This document shows, piece after piece, positions 9,390-17,304 of a stretch of 64,000 nucleotides of DNA (positions within the stretch are counted from its first letter, which is position 1; the number at the start of each line of letters is the position of its first letter). The notes under the pieces were generated by a model that did no database searches, was not told the origin of the DNA, and saw only the letters and a program-made list of their open reading frames with translations. Source of the stretch: Minisyncoccota bacterium (GTDB taxonomy: Bacteria > Patescibacteriota > Minisyncoccia > UBA6257 > GWB1-50-10); the NCBI GenBank assembly GCA_020059915.1, contig JAGVBB010000002.1, forward strand, positions 62,129 to 126,128, in the 5' to 3' direction. Both the position numbers and the translations under genes were made by a program.

Positions 9390-9408
9390 ATTACGTTCTT
9401 TGCGAGTG

Positions 9409-9466
9409 AACAATAATACTTTTCAGGAGACTAAATCGGTAAAGTCTCCTGAAAAGTATTATTGTT
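9409..9466. repeat. Perfect 24-bp inverted repeat with 10-nt loop
   Basis: AACAATAATACTTTTCAGGAGACT (9409-9432) / AGTCTCCTGAAAAGTATTATTGTT (9443-9466). Confidence 0.95.
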
Positions 9467-9623
9467 TGTGAGTAAAAAGTTATCCACAATTATGAGCTTG
9501 TATACATTCCCCAATGTTGTATTATATATAAGTACTTTAACTTATTAATAGTTTCCCCAACAAGTTTAGTACTTGAAATTAAGCAATCATTTTTTTATTG
9601 CAAAAAACAGTTTCCTTTATTCC

Positions 9624-9703
9624 AAACCCCGCACCATTCTCGCGGGGTTTATTTTTTATTAAGCATCTTATTATAAAAATACCCCGCGTTGAGCGGGGCG
9701 TCT
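9624..9703 (-). terminator. Two tandem GC hairpins downstream of the 9704-10303 gene
   Basis: AAACCCCGC..GCGGGGTTT (9624-9650) and CCCCGC-GTTGA-GCGGGG (about 9683-9699). Confidence 0.6.
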
Positions 9704-10303
9704 TTATACAATTATTTTTCCTCTTGAAGGGAAATTTGATTTGGTCCATGATTTGGAAAATTCTGACCATCCGAAATATGTCATACGTTGGTCAACCCAT
9801 GGAACCTGCAATATGTTTTCTGAAAAATATCTCACACCAAGAGCTTCAATTTGTTTTCCAAATATTTGTTTATCAATAAACAAACACAGCGCAATCATTT
9901 CTATATCAGAAAGTGGAAACCTTTTTTTTCTAAGAATATCTTTCTGTGCTGTAAATTGGGAAGCTCCAACATACTCATTGCCAGCAAACACACTAGTTAT
10001 AAAATATGGTTCAACAGATTCTCCAAATTCATAATGAATAGAATCGGGTATCCCTTTTTGTTCATCTATTCCAATCCAACCAAGTTGTTTTTCAATTGGG
10101 ACAAGCCCCAACGGAATAACCGGTATAAATGAATAGTATTCTTCCCGAATTTCTGGAATGTTTATCTTTCGGACCTCCTCCCACAACTTACTACACTTCT
10201 CCGCAAGTACCAATAACACCTCTTTGGGGCACCCAAGTTTGTCCAACTTTTGCATTTGCATTCCAAAGGTTGAAACAAAGGAATCATGTTTTATGTGACT
10301 CAT
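9704..10303 (-). CDS. Hypothetical protein, DUF5701-like
   Basis: FIPVIP..QL..PYFI..V..G.E......A...I....R.PL...E.IAL pattern; AGGAG SD. Confidence 0.55.
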   Translation of the reverse strand: MSHIKHDSFVSTFGMQMQKLDKLGCPKEVLLVLAEKCSKLWEEVRKINIPEIREEYYSFIPVIPLGLVPIEKQLGWIGIDEQKGIPDSIHYEFGESVEPYFITSVFAGNEYVGASQFTAQKDILRKKRFPLSDIEMIALCLFIDKQIFGKQIEALGVRYFSENILQVPWVDQRMTYFGWSEFSKSWTKSNFPSRGKIIV

Positions 10304-10413
10304 TACAAATCTCCTTATAATGTTATTTTTTATGTTCTAATATTGTTAAAGCTCTTTTTCATTACATTGTCAAACGGAATTGCGTTTTTAAAAATATATG
10401 GTACGATACTACT

Positions 10414-10914
10414 ATTCAGTATAGAATCAACAATCAAATAATAGCCAAGGAACTTCGCGTCATAACTGAGACGGGTGATAACCTCGGGGTTATGTCTAAA
10501 GAACAGGCGCTCCAGGAGGCAAAAATGAGAGGTCTCGACCTCATAGAAATTGCATCCCAAGCGACCCCACCCGTTGCGAAAATTATCGGATTTGATAAAT
10601 TCCGTTATCAGCAAGACAAAGAAGAAAAGAAAAAGAGAATCACCCAAAAAACGAAAGATCTCAAACAAGTACGAATCACTCCTCGTGCAGGAAAAAATGA
10701 TCTTTTGGTGAAGGTAAAGAAGGTAGAAGAGTTCTTATCTGATGGTCACAAGGTTGAAATCAATCTATTCCTCAGGGGTCGCGAAAAAGGCAATAAAGAT
10801 TGGGGGTTAAAAAAATTACAAGAATTTCTGGAACTCATAACTATTCCACACCAAATCACACTAGCCCCAAAACCAGGTGGAAGAGGATTTGTAACCCAGG
10901 TTGCTAAGAAATAA
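10414..10914 (+). CDS. infC: Translation initiation factor IF-3, probable ATT start at 10414
   Basis: The conserved N-terminus YRINNQIIAKELRVI lies in frame upstream of the tracked ATG at 10492; GLDLIEI..PPVAKI, LRGRE; precedes rpmI-rplT. Confidence 0.95.
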   Translation: MQYRINNQIIAKELRVITETGDNLGVMSKEQALQEAKMRGLDLIEIASQATPPVAKIIGFDKFRYQQDKEEKKKRITQKTKDLKQVRITPRAGKNDLLVKVKKVEEFLSDGHKVEINLFLRGREKGNKDWGLKKLQEFLELITIPHQITLAPKPGGRGFVTQVAKK

Positions 10915-10919
10915 GAAAT

Positions 10920-11099
10920 ATGAAAAAAACAAAGAAAAGCGTAACAAAGAGAATCCGAGTAACCAAAAATGGGAAAGTTGCACGACGCCCAATGGCACTT
11001 GGACACTCACGAAGTAATAAGTCGGGAACACAGATGGGAAGAAAAAAAGGAGATCGCGGTCTTTCTCTTCCTATGTCAACAATAAAGAAATACATATAA
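10920..11099 (+). CDS. rpmI: 50S ribosomal protein L35 (59 aa, not in ORF track)
   Basis: MKKTKKSVTKRIRVTKNGKVARRPMALGH..; lies between infC and rplT. Confidence 0.93.
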   Translation: MKKTKKSVTKRIRVTKNGKVARRPMALGHSRSNKSGTQMGRKKGDRGLSLPMSTIKKYI

Positions 11100-11106
11100 A
11101 TAATTT

Positions 11107-11451
11107 ATGACACGAGTAAAAAGAGGAACTACTGCACACAAAAAACGTGAAAGGCTCCTAAAACTTACCAAGGGATATCGTTGGGGAAGAAAGTCAAAGG
11201 AACGATTAGCAAAAGAGGCACTTCTCCATGGACTTTCCAGGATGTTTCGAGGAAGAAAAGAAAAAAAGAGAAATTTCCGTTCACTGTGGCAAACTAAAAT
11301 AAATGCTGCAGCAAGAACAGAAGGAACAAAATACAGTACATTTATTGCAGCACTCAAGAAAAAGAATGTTGCACTAGATAGAAAAATATTAGCGATGCTT
11401 GCAGAAGAACAACCATCAGTATTCAAAAAGATAGTAGAATTTGTAAAATAA
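11107..11451 (+). CDS. rplT: 50S ribosomal protein L20
   Basis: MTRVKRG, KGYRWGR, RNFRSLWQTKINAAAR, LDRKILAMLA. Confidence 0.98.
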   Translation: MTRVKRGTTAHKKRERLLKLTKGYRWGRKSKERLAKEALLHGLSRMFRGRKEKKRNFRSLWQTKINAAARTEGTKYSTFIAALKKKNVALDRKILAMLAEEQPSVFKKIVEFVK

Positions 11452-11458
11452 GCACTTT

Positions 11459-11480
11459 AAACCCCACATACGTGGGGTTT
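11459..11480. terminator. Bidirectional terminator
   Basis: AAACCCCAC-ATAC-GTGGGGTTT. Confidence 0.75.
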
Positions 11481-11781
11481 AAATTTTCCAACCAAACTTT
11501 TTTAAATCTATCTTTTCTTTTTTTATTATAATACCCTCACTCGTGAGTATTTTTTTCTTTTTTCTTACTCCCCCACCATATCCACCAATATATCCATTAG
11601 AACAAACTACGCGGTGGCATGGAATGACGATTGGATATTTATTCTGGTGAAGTGCGTTCCCGGCCGCCCGATATGCGCGCTCGTTCCCTGCTATACGGGC
11701 GATTCCTTGGTAAGTCGTTACTTTGCCCTTCGGCACCAGTTTTACTATCTCTAATATTTTTTTTGCGAACAATTGTTCCAT
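11479..11781 (-). CDS. ogt: Methylated-DNA--protein-cysteine methyltransferase (MGMT family, single domain)
   Basis: VPKGKVTTY, RAAGNAL, IPCHRVV, IGGYGGG. Confidence 0.9.
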   Translation of the reverse strand: MEQLFAKKILEIVKLVPKGKVTTYQGIARIAGNERAYRAAGNALHQNKYPIVIPCHRVVCSNGYIGGYGGGVRKKKKILTSEGIIIKKEKIDLKKFGWKI

Positions 11782-12202
11782 ATGCCTTTTTTAGGTTTTG
11801 TTTTAATGTTGGAGAAATAAGAAATCGTGATGCATCTCGGTATAAAAACCACCCATATCCCTCATGTTTTTCTCCTTCATGCGACTCGGGGACTATTTTA
11901 ATGCGAACCTCCTGCTTCTTTGTTTCTGCAAGATAGTAGGTTACTGTTTTGTATATCTTTTCTTTATTTCTTGAATAAGAAAATTTATCTTGAACACGAA
12001 ACCATTCTCGAAAACGCAAATCACGTTCTAATATTCCTGTTTCTTCTTTTACTTCCCTCAATGCCGCCTTGAAATTTGATTCACCATCTAATTTTCCTTT
12101 TGGAAAATTCCAATATGGACCTCCATGATACAATAGCAAAAATTTTGGACCTTCCTTAGTCCTTCGATAAATTATTATACCCGCAGAATACTCTGTTTTC
12201 AT
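11639..12202 (-). CDS. Nudix hydrolase (Ap4A hydrolase-like)
   Basis: SAGIIIY..FLLL..WNFPKG-LDGES-FKAALREVKEETGI Nudix box. Confidence 0.9.
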   Translation of the reverse strand: MKTEYSAGIIIYRRTKEGPKFLLLYHGGPYWNFPKGKLDGESNFKAALREVKEETGILERDLRFREWFRVQDKFSYSRNKEKIYKTVTYYLAETKKQEVRIKIVPESHEGEKHEGYGWFLYRDASRFLISPTLKQNLKKAYGTIVRKKNIRDSKTGAEGQSNDLPRNRPYSRERARISGGRERTSPE

Positions 12203-12218
12203 AAAAATATATTATCTA

Positions 12219-14723
12219 TTACCCCTCATTACTCCAAACAAAAGAATTATCAACAAACGAAACAGTTGTTACGTGTCCGCGCACTATTTCTCTTCTTAAT
12301 ATCTTTTCAGCAAGAACACTTCTAATGTTTTCTGATATAGTCTGACGCAATGGACGAGCACCAAATGCCGGACTATAACCAATACGAGCAATCTCAGAAA
12401 GCGCAGAATCGTCAACAACAAGGTCAACGCCCTGTGATTCACGCAACGTATTGATAACCTCCCCCATAAGAAGTTTTGTGACCTGTTTTGTCTCGTCTGG
12501 GGTTAGCGATCTAAAGACAATAATATCAGAAAAACGATTTATAAGCTCGGGCTTAAAATAGTCGGTAAGTTTTCTTTTTACATCTTCCGCAATCTCTTCA
12601 CTCTTCCGTCCTTTTTCAATTTCATTTTTTATAAATTCAGAGTGTGCATTTGATGTTGCAATAATTATTGTGTTCTCAAAATTTACAACCCTCCCCAAAT
12701 TATCAGTAAGTCGTCCATCATCAAAAACTTGGAGAAACAAATTTAAAATATCCGGATGAGCTTTTTCAAATTCGTCTAATAACACAAGGCTGTATGGTGT
12801 TTTTAGCACCGCATCAGTAAGAGCACCCGAACGCTCTCCATCTGAACTTCCAATAAAACGAGAAATACTTTGTTTGTCTTGATATTCAGACATATCAAAT
12901 CTGATCATGGTACTCCCAGAACCAAATTGAATTTTATTAAGAATTTTTGCAAGTTCTGTTTTTCCAACACCAGTCGGTCCAACGAAGAGAAATGTTGCAA
13001 TCGGACCACCCTTCCTTGAAAGCCCACTTCTATATTCGCGGAGCGATCGAGATACTGAAGATACTGCAGGATTCTGGTTTATCAACTTCTTATGAATCAA
13101 TTCTTCAAGATTTAACAACTTCTCTGCTTCAAGGGCGCCAGCTGTTTCTATAGGAATTCTGGTTTGCATCTCTGCAATTCTAATAATATCCTCTTCTTCT
13201 AGAACCTTTTTTCTCTCTTCTTTTGCAGTCATGAGCGCCTGTTTTAATAAATCAGACGCACTTCCCGGAAGAAGTTTTTCGTGAAAATATCGATGTGCAA
13301 TTTTTACAGAACGCTCGATTGCTCGAAATGTTATAAAAATTCTGAATTGCTTCTCTAACAATAAAGATTGATACACAAGAAAACGAATTGCTTCTTTTTC
13401 TGATATTTCACTAATACTTACCACATCAAATTGATCAAGAAAATCAGTTCTTGGTTCTATATATGTCTTAAATTCCCTAGGAAAACTTTCTCCGATTACG
13501 GGAATTGTCTCGCTCTTTATTATCGGAAGAAGAATATCAACTGCATTTATACCCCCTCTCTCAGTACTTGTTCTAAATAGATTGTGTAGCTCTGGAATGT
13601 GCAAAACAATATTCCCCGCTAATATAACTTCATCAGTAATTTCCCGCAATCTTCCTATTAATACCTCTGTGTTTGTATTTGCAACAAGTGCTGGAATATC
13701 TAAAGAAACAAGGCGTTTGTCATAGAGTCCAGACGGGACATCATCTTTTACCATTCTATACGCAAGATGTGCAACCATTGATGATTTTCCGGCACCAGGA
13801 TCACCAACAAGAACAACGTTTTGCTTTCCTGGACGAGAAAGTGTGTGTAATAGCACATTCATTTCCTCATTGTGACCAATGAGAAACCCTATTTTCTCCT
13901 GAAGAGCGAACTCAGTAAGATCAGTACTAAATTGATCAAGCATCGGTGTTGGGCGCGCCGTCCATGATCGATTAATAACCCTTTTTCTTAGGCGCATTGG
14001 ACGATGGATAAAGCCACCTAAAACAGCGGGGATTCTTCGTATACCAAAAAACATTCTTCCCCACTTCCCAAAGATAATTGCCTCCTGCACGGTATCCTCT
14101 TCAAGGTTAAAAAGATCAAACACCTTTGCGACCGATGAATCTCCAGAAATAGATAGGGCAACAAAAAGATTTCTCGGATGCGTATATTGTTCCCCTGTAT
14201 CAATAGCATTCTGAAATGCAACAATAACAAGTGACTCAATATTTTTTAAAAAATATTCTTTATTTGCCTCCTGTATAATATCTTTTGTTTCAAGTAGTGC
14301 CTCTGTTTTTTTCTGCATATCAACAGATTTAACACCAAGCCTTCGAAGCGCTTCCTTTATATCTCTCCTCCCCAAAAGTTCTAACAAGAGAATAAGGTTG
14401 AAGCTCTTTTTTAAAACAATCGCCTTTCGTAAGGAATAATTAAGTATGTGATAACTCTGCGGAGAGCAAGAAAGCGCAACATTTTTATTTCCTTTTTTTA
14501 ATTCGTATATGGTGCGCTCCCCATGTCGAATATGAAACAATCGATCAATAATAAAAAGGGAAAGAAGTATGCCCAAACTTCTTTCTGATGCATTTTCAGA
14601 AAGAATAAGGAAAAAAGCAGAGATACCAACTCCAGCATAAACAGAATAGGAAACCAAACGAACAAAAAATTCTCCAGTTGCAGAAAGTAATAGACGTGGT
14701 TCTTTATAAAATAGTTCTTTCAT
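12219..14723 (-). CDS. ClpA/ClpB-family AAA+ ATPase with N-terminal transmembrane helices
   Basis: Two AAA modules (GDPGAGKS; GPTGVGKT, RFDMSEY, LLDEFEKAH, FKPELINR, FGARPLR); two hydrophobic segments and Clp_N-like repeats at the N-terminus. Confidence 0.92.
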   Translation of the reverse strand: MKELFYKEPRLLLSATGEFFVRLVSYSVYAGVGISAFFLILSENASERSLGILLSLFIIDRLFHIRHGERTIYELKKGNKNVALSCSPQSYHILNYSLRKAIVLKKSFNLILLLELLGRRDIKEALRRLGVKSVDMQKKTEALLETKDIIQEANKEYFLKNIESLVIVAFQNAIDTGEQYTHPRNLFVALSISGDSSVAKVFDLFNLEEDTVQEAIIFGKWGRMFFGIRRIPAVLGGFIHRPMRLRKRVINRSWTARPTPMLDQFSTDLTEFALQEKIGFLIGHNEEMNVLLHTLSRPGKQNVVLVGDPGAGKSSMVAHLAYRMVKDDVPSGLYDKRLVSLDIPALVANTNTEVLIGRLREITDEVILAGNIVLHIPELHNLFRTSTERGGINAVDILLPIIKSETIPVIGESFPREFKTYIEPRTDFLDQFDVVSISEISEKEAIRFLVYQSLLLEKQFRIFITFRAIERSVKIAHRYFHEKLLPGSASDLLKQALMTAKEERKKVLEEEDIIRIAEMQTRIPIETAGALEAEKLLNLEELIHKKLINQNPAVSSVSRSLREYRSGLSRKGGPIATFLFVGPTGVGKTELAKILNKIQFGSGSTMIRFDMSEYQDKQSISRFIGSSDGERSGALTDAVLKTPYSLVLLDEFEKAHPDILNLFLQVFDDGRLTDNLGRVVNFENTIIIATSNAHSEFIKNEIEKGRKSEEIAEDVKRKLTDYFKPELINRFSDIIVFRSLTPDETKQVTKLLMGEVINTLRESQGVDLVVDDSALSEIARIGYSPAFGARPLRQTISENIRSVLAEKILRREIVRGHVTTVSFVDNSFVWSNEG

Positions 14724-14732
14724 ACATAAAAA

Positions 14733-15077
14733 TTACCAACGTATCGCAGATAATAATAATATTGGTGGAATTGCCAGCCAGACGACATATACCATTGCGG
14801 CAATAAAGAAGAATATTACATATATAATACTCGCAACCAACAAACGTATTGAGCGAAAAACAAAACCAATAACATATCCAATAATTGTATAGTCCTTATA
14901 AAGTGGCTGAAATATGTTCTTCAGTGTCACCATCCAAGCAAACCGTCTATCAAGACGCTCAAATTTTGTAATAACAAAATCAGAATAAATACGCGCACTA
15001 CGCACGTACCAGTGTCTTAAAAACTCAAAAATCCTAAACACAAGCCTCTTACCAAGAAAGACTACCGAAAGATTCAT
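14733..15077 (-). CDS. Small membrane protein co-transcribed with the Clp ATPase
   Basis: 114 aa, amphipathic N-terminus, hydrophobic C-terminal half; 9 bp upstream of the ATPase gene. Confidence 0.75.
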   Translation of the reverse strand: MNLSVVFLGKRLVFRIFEFLRHWYVRSARIYSDFVITKFERLDRRFAWMVTLKNIFQPLYKDYTIIGYVIGFVFRSIRLLVASIIYVIFFFIAAMVYVVWLAIPPILLLSAIRW

Positions 15078-15093
15078 TAATATTAATTATATC

Positions 15094-15666
15094 TTATTTT
15101 ACAGAAATTAACTTCTCTACTTTCTCTATTGCTTTTGGTAGTTTTTTTATACTCTCTTTAAATACTGCCATCATGGTGTTCCCTCGAAGCGCCGCAGCAG
15201 GATGAAGTATTGGATATACAAAATATCTATCTGTATGAAAAAGTTTTCCCTGGTCTCTTGTTATTTTTGCTAAAGGAAGGAAATAGTTCATTGAGAATCT
15301 TCCAAGTGGAACAATTAGTGTTGGGTTTATTATTTCAATTTGCCTTGTTAGATACGGCTTATATAAACTAATCTCCTCAGGAAGTGGGTCTCTATTATCT
15401 GGTGGCCTCCTCTTAACAATATTTGTTATATAAACGTCCTCACGTCTCCACCCAATCTCCTCAAGAGATTTGGTTAATAACTGTCCAGCACGCCCAACAA
15501 ACGGACGACCAAGTGTGTCCTCTCGCTCCCCTGGGGCCTCTCCAATAAACAAAACTTTACAATTAATATCCCCCTCCCCAAAAACAAGATTTGTAGAAAG
15601 TGGTAACCGCTTATCTTTCTCCATTTCTTTTCTCAACTCTATGAGTCCTATCTCTTTCTTGTTCAT
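15094..15666 (-). CDS. Uracil-DNA glycosylase family 4
   Basis: VFGEG, FIGEAPG..ED..GRPFVGRAG, TNIVK.RPP.NRDP, HPAAALR. Confidence 0.93.
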   Translation of the reverse strand: MNKKEIGLIELRKEMEKDKRLPLSTNLVFGEGDINCKVLFIGEAPGEREDTLGRPFVGRAGQLLTKSLEEIGWRREDVYITNIVKRRPPDNRDPLPEEISLYKPYLTRQIEIINPTLIVPLGRFSMNYFLPLAKITRDQGKLFHTDRYFVYPILHPAAALRGNTMMAVFKESIKKLPKAIEKVEKLISVK

Positions 15667-15673
15667 ATTTTAT

Positions 15674-16579
15674 TTATAAATATCTAATCTCTTCTTCCAA
15701 AGAAATATCAAAATGTTTTAAAACCTTTTTCTTTAAAAGTTTTGCGATTGATTTTGCATCTTTTGCCGTACCATTTTTCATATTTATAATACAATTTGCG
15801 TGAAAATCAGCGACGCACATCCCTCCACACGAAATGCCCTTTGCACCAACTGACTCCAAAATATAACCAACAGGAATCTTCCCATCAATGATTTTCGACA
15901 CATCAACTTTTTTTAATACACTTGGTGAAACCTTAGAAATTTGTACGTTTTTGAAATAACTTCCAGGACATTTAATTTTTGGAGAATATTTTTTATTCCG
16001 TGTATTAATAATTTTTTTAGAGATTATATTTAACTCCTTGGAATCACCTTTTTTAAAACGAAATTCTGCATAAAGCAAAACACAAGGGCTGTGTTTTAGC
16101 GCACTCTCTCTATATCCAAACTTACAGTCCTTTTTGGAGACCCATTTTACTTTCCCATCACACAACACACGAACACGGACAATGTAGTCACTAATTGAAC
16201 CACCATAGGCGCCGGCATTACCAATAATAGCACCACCAAGTGTTCCAGGAATTCCAGAAAGCATTTCTATCCCCTTATATCCATTTTTTATTACAAACCT
16301 AATAAATTGATCAAGTGGTATGCCAGCGTCTGCAATAACTTTTCCATTTATTATTTTTATTTTTCCACCACCAACTTTTATAACAAGTCCCTTTATTTTT
16401 TCGGGACAAACAATATTACTTCCCCCACCGATTACATTCCATTGCTTTTTGTTTTTTTCTGCCCATTGTATTACCTCTAAAAACTCATTTTCTTTTTTTG
16501 GTTCACAAAAATATTCTGCAACACTTTTAATACCAAACGTATTTAACTTCGTTAGATTTTTATTTTTTATGATCTTCAC
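15674..16579 (-). CDS. murB: UDP-N-acetylmuramate dehydrogenase
   Basis: NTFGI, GGGSNI, GIPGTLGGAIIGNAGAYG, FGYRES, GSYFKN, HAN, LEEEI. Confidence 0.95.
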   Translation of the reverse strand: MKIIKNKNLTKLNTFGIKSVAEYFCEPKKENEFLEVIQWAEKNKKQWNVIGGGSNIVCPEKIKGLVIKVGGGKIKIINGKVIADAGIPLDQFIRFVIKNGYKGIEMLSGIPGTLGGAIIGNAGAYGGSISDYIVRVRVLCDGKVKWVSKKDCKFGYRESALKHSPCVLLYAEFRFKKGDSKELNIISKKIINTRNKKYSPKIKCPGSYFKNVQISKVSPSVLKKVDVSKIIDGKIPVGYILESVGAKGISCGGMCVADFHANCIINMKNGTAKDAKSIAKLLKKKVLKHFDISLEEEIRYL

Positions 16580-16670
16580 AATATTATTGTATATCCAAAA
16601 AAGATGTCAGAATATTTGACAGAATATGAAAAAATATTTATTATATATACAACATTAAAAAGGAGGTTTT

Positions 16671-17198
16671 GTGGAAAAGATAAAATTTGATGCAAAACGA
16701 TCAGTGTCTCTATTTGGAAGTATCACAAATCAATCCATAGGAGATTTGTCGGCAGGAATGATGAAACTGTATGAAGAAGATAAAGAAAAACCAATATTTC
16801 TCTTTATTAACACATCAGGAGGAATTGCCTCACTTGCCTACGGATTTTACGATACTATAAAGGCTTTTAACGTTCCTCTTGTAACAATTCTTTTTGGGAA
16901 AGTTTCATCGTCCGGTCTTATTATCTTCCTCTCTGCAAAAAGTGAAAATCGATTTATTACTGAGCACTCACTCATTTCCCCACAAAAAACAAAAGCAGAT
17001 TACAATGAAAATGTTGCTGAAGTAAATATAGAAGAATCAAGAATGGTGGAGAAATTTCTAAAACAAATTCTCGCTGACGAAACGATGATAAAAACAGAAA
17101 CAAAATTTAGAGAATTTATTGGAAAGAATTTCATTTCCCCAGAAGAATGTGTTGAGTTGTGTATAGCAAACTATATTGAACAACTGCTAAAAACCTAA
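16671..17198 (+). CDS. Divergent ClpP-like protein, probably catalytically inactive
   Basis: PIFLFINTSGG....G..YDTI......TI..G.VSSSG.IIF; catalytic His position reads SLISPQ; own promoter, AGGAGG SD and terminator. Confidence 0.8.
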   Translation: MEKIKFDAKRSVSLFGSITNQSIGDLSAGMMKLYEEDKEKPIFLFINTSGGIASLAYGFYDTIKAFNVPLVTILFGKVSSSGLIIFLSAKSENRFITEHSLISPQKTKADYNENVAEVNIEESRMVEKFLKQILADETMIKTETKFREFIGKNFISPEECVELCIANYIEQLLKT

Positions 17199-17219
17199 TC
17201 CCGCTTATGCGGGATTTTT
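17197..17219. terminator. Terminator between the clpP-like gene and tRNA-Arg
   Basis: AATCCCGC-TTAT-GCGGGATT-TTT. Confidence 0.75.
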
Positions 17220-17223
17220 ATTG

Positions 17224-17295
17224 TGCCCTTGGGTGGAATCGAACCACCACCACCTCCTTCGGAGGGAGATATTGTATCCATTCAACTACAAGGGC
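17224..17295 (-). tRNA. tRNA-Arg (anticodon CCG), CCA not encoded
   Basis: GCCCTTGTAGTTGAATGGATACAATATCTCCCT-CCG-AAGGAGGTGGTGGTGGTTCGATTCCACCCAAGGGCA folds as a cloverleaf. Confidence 0.93.
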
Positions 17296-17304
17296 GCCTC
17301 TTAA

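Noticed and set aside
8007-10330. Island integrated at the tmRNA gene
   Set aside because: No duplicated tmRNA 3' end or integrase was found, and smpB follows directly.
11639-11781. 143-bp Nudix/ogt overlap as programmed dual coding
   Set aside because: The Nudix tail is low-complexity and beyond the domain, so it is more likely a run-on after stop-codon loss.
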